From: Planctomycetota bacterium
GTDB taxonomy: Bacteria; Planctomycetota; UBA8742; UBA2392
Length of the DNA stretch: 64,000 nt
Direction of reading: 5' to 3'
Assembly (NCBI GenBank): GCA_020425695.1
Contig: JAGQRE010000002.1
Coordinates: 5,829 to 69,828 of the forward strand
A program made the position numbers and the translations under genes. A model generated the notes under the pieces. It did not search any database. It was not told the DNA's origin and saw nothing but the letters and a program-made list of their open reading frames with translations. Of this stretch, positions 62,986 to 64,000 are shown one piece after another; within the stretch, counting starts at the first letter, position 1; each line of letters begins with the position of its first letter.

Positions 62986-64000
62986 TTGATCGTATTCTTA
63001 AGCTCTGCTTGCAGACGCCCCTGCTCGTGCTCATCGCGGCTGCGGTCGCCGCCGTCTTCGGCTTCCAAAGTCTTCAAGATAACCCGAAGGATGCGATCCC
63101 GGACATCAGCGAGAATCAGGTCATCGTCTCAACGGAATGGATGGGACGAAGCCCGCAAGATGTCGAGGATCAGGTTACTTATCCGCTCGCGCAGCAAATG
63201 CAGGGTATCCCTGATGTTGTTGACGTGCGAACGATCAGCGGCTTCGGATTCTCGCGCATCTATGTCGTGTTTCAGGATGGTGTCGATGTCTATTGGGCTC
63301 GCTCTCGCGTGCTCGAAAGGCTGGCTGTCGCGTCAGGAGACCTCCCGGAAGGCGTAAAGCCCGCTCTCGGGCCAGATGCTACGTCGCTTGGACAAGTCTT
63401 CTGGTACACAGTCGAAGGTCCCTACAACCTTGCTGAGTTGCGTACAGTTCAGGACTACACGGTCCGCTACGCGTTGCAGAACGCAGAGGGCGTCGCCGAA
63501 GTGGCCAGTGTGGGTGGCTACGTCCGCGAATATCAGATCGATGTGAACCCGGATGCTCTGAGGGCGCACAAGCTCAGTCTTGATCACATCGTGATGGCCG
63601 TGAAGTCGAGCAACCTTGACGTGGGCGCAAAGACCATCGAACAGGGCGGGCTTGAGTATCTGATTCGAGGCGTGGGGTTTGTGAAATCCATCCACGACCT
63701 CGAACAGATCGTGGTGAAAAACGAAGGCCACGTTCCTGTTCTGCTCGGGGACGTGGCAACGGTTCAACTTGGACCTGAGTTCCGACGCGGGGCACTCGCC
63801 GATGAGCATGGCGAACGTGTCGGCGGCGTCGTCACCATGCGCTACGGCGCGAATCCACAACAGGTGATAGAGAACGTCAAAGAGGAACTCCGAAAACTTG
63901 AGCCTGCGTTACCGGACGGCGTCGAGGTCAAAGTCTTCTACGACCGCACGGAACTCATCGACGAAACGCTCGAAACGCTGGCCGACACAACCATCGCCGA
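62982..64000 (+). CDS. cusA: CusA/CzcA-family heavy-metal RND efflux pump (5' part, runs off the window)
   Basis: Not in the ORF track because no stop occurs in the window. ATG at 62982 overlaps the copA stop (ATGA). I translated it as [69 protein letters not shown]...[14 protein letters not shown]...[16 protein letters not shown]. This closely parallels the CusA N-terminus. Confidence 0.85.
   Translation, partial: MIDRILKLCLQTPLLVLIAAAVAAVFGFQSLQDNPKDAIPDISENQVIVSTEWMGRSPQDVEDQVTYPLAQQMQGIPDVVDVRTISGFGFSRIYVVFQDGVDVYWARSRVLERLAVASGDLPEGVKPALGPDATSLGQVFWYTVEGPYNLAELRTVQDYTVRYALQNAEGVAEVASVGGYVREYQIDVNPDALRAHKLSLDHIVMAVKSSNLDVGAKTIEQGGLEYLIRGVGFVKSIHDLEQIVVKNEGHVPVLLGDVATVQLGPEFRRGALADEHGERVGGVVTMRYGANPQQVIENVKEELRKLEPALPDGVEVKVFYDRTELIDETLETLADTTIA

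Noticed and set aside
1-64000. CRISPR arrays, rRNA genes, classical IS elements with terminal inverted repeats, and prophage structural genes.
   Set aside because: Reading the sequence, I saw no regularly spaced 25-40 bp repeats, no rRNA-like stretches, and no capsid, terminase, tail or T4SS proteins in the translations. The only transposase-like gene is the RayT-like one at 2633-3127.

Overview
High-GC bacterial chromosomal segment. The gene content (an ECF sigma factor fused to surface beta-sandwich arrays, HEAT-repeat and HExxH secreted proteins, carboxypeptidase-regulatory-like repeat proteins) is reminiscent of Planctomycetota, but that is inference only. Positions 1-33.7 kb are mostly core genes: tldD, thrC, rplU-rpmA, lysS, purA, ogt, an RluA-family pseudouridine synthase, a 1-Cys peroxiredoxin, an MsrP-like Mo-oxidoreductase and a giant FtsX-type permease. 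This part also holds one RayT/IS200-like gene flanked by REP-like inverted repeats. A tRNA-Arg(CCG) lies at 33694-33770. It is followed immediately by a large serine recombinase whose last 10 codons overlap the tRNA 3' end. Everything from there to the window end looks accessory. The accessory region contains, in order: (1) an island with a HEPN-motif protein, a two-wHTH Rep-like protein, iteron-like repeats, ArdC, an FG-GAP lipoprotein and a secreted S8 protease; (2) an orphan class III nucleotidyl cyclase convergent with a PD-(D/E)xK protein; (3) a Leu-type tRNA whose anticodon reads CUA, i.e. a predicted amber suppressor; (4) an AAA+ ATPase plus cytosolic S8 peptidase pair with IetAS-like defence architecture; (5) a copper/silver efflux cluster, cusC-YHS-cusB-copA-cusA, with cusA running off the window. 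The best candidates for something new are the suppressor-type tRNA, the ATPase/protease pair, the cyclase/nuclease neighbourhood and the HEPN protein. All calls come from reading the translated ORFs and the DNA by eye. No database search was run.
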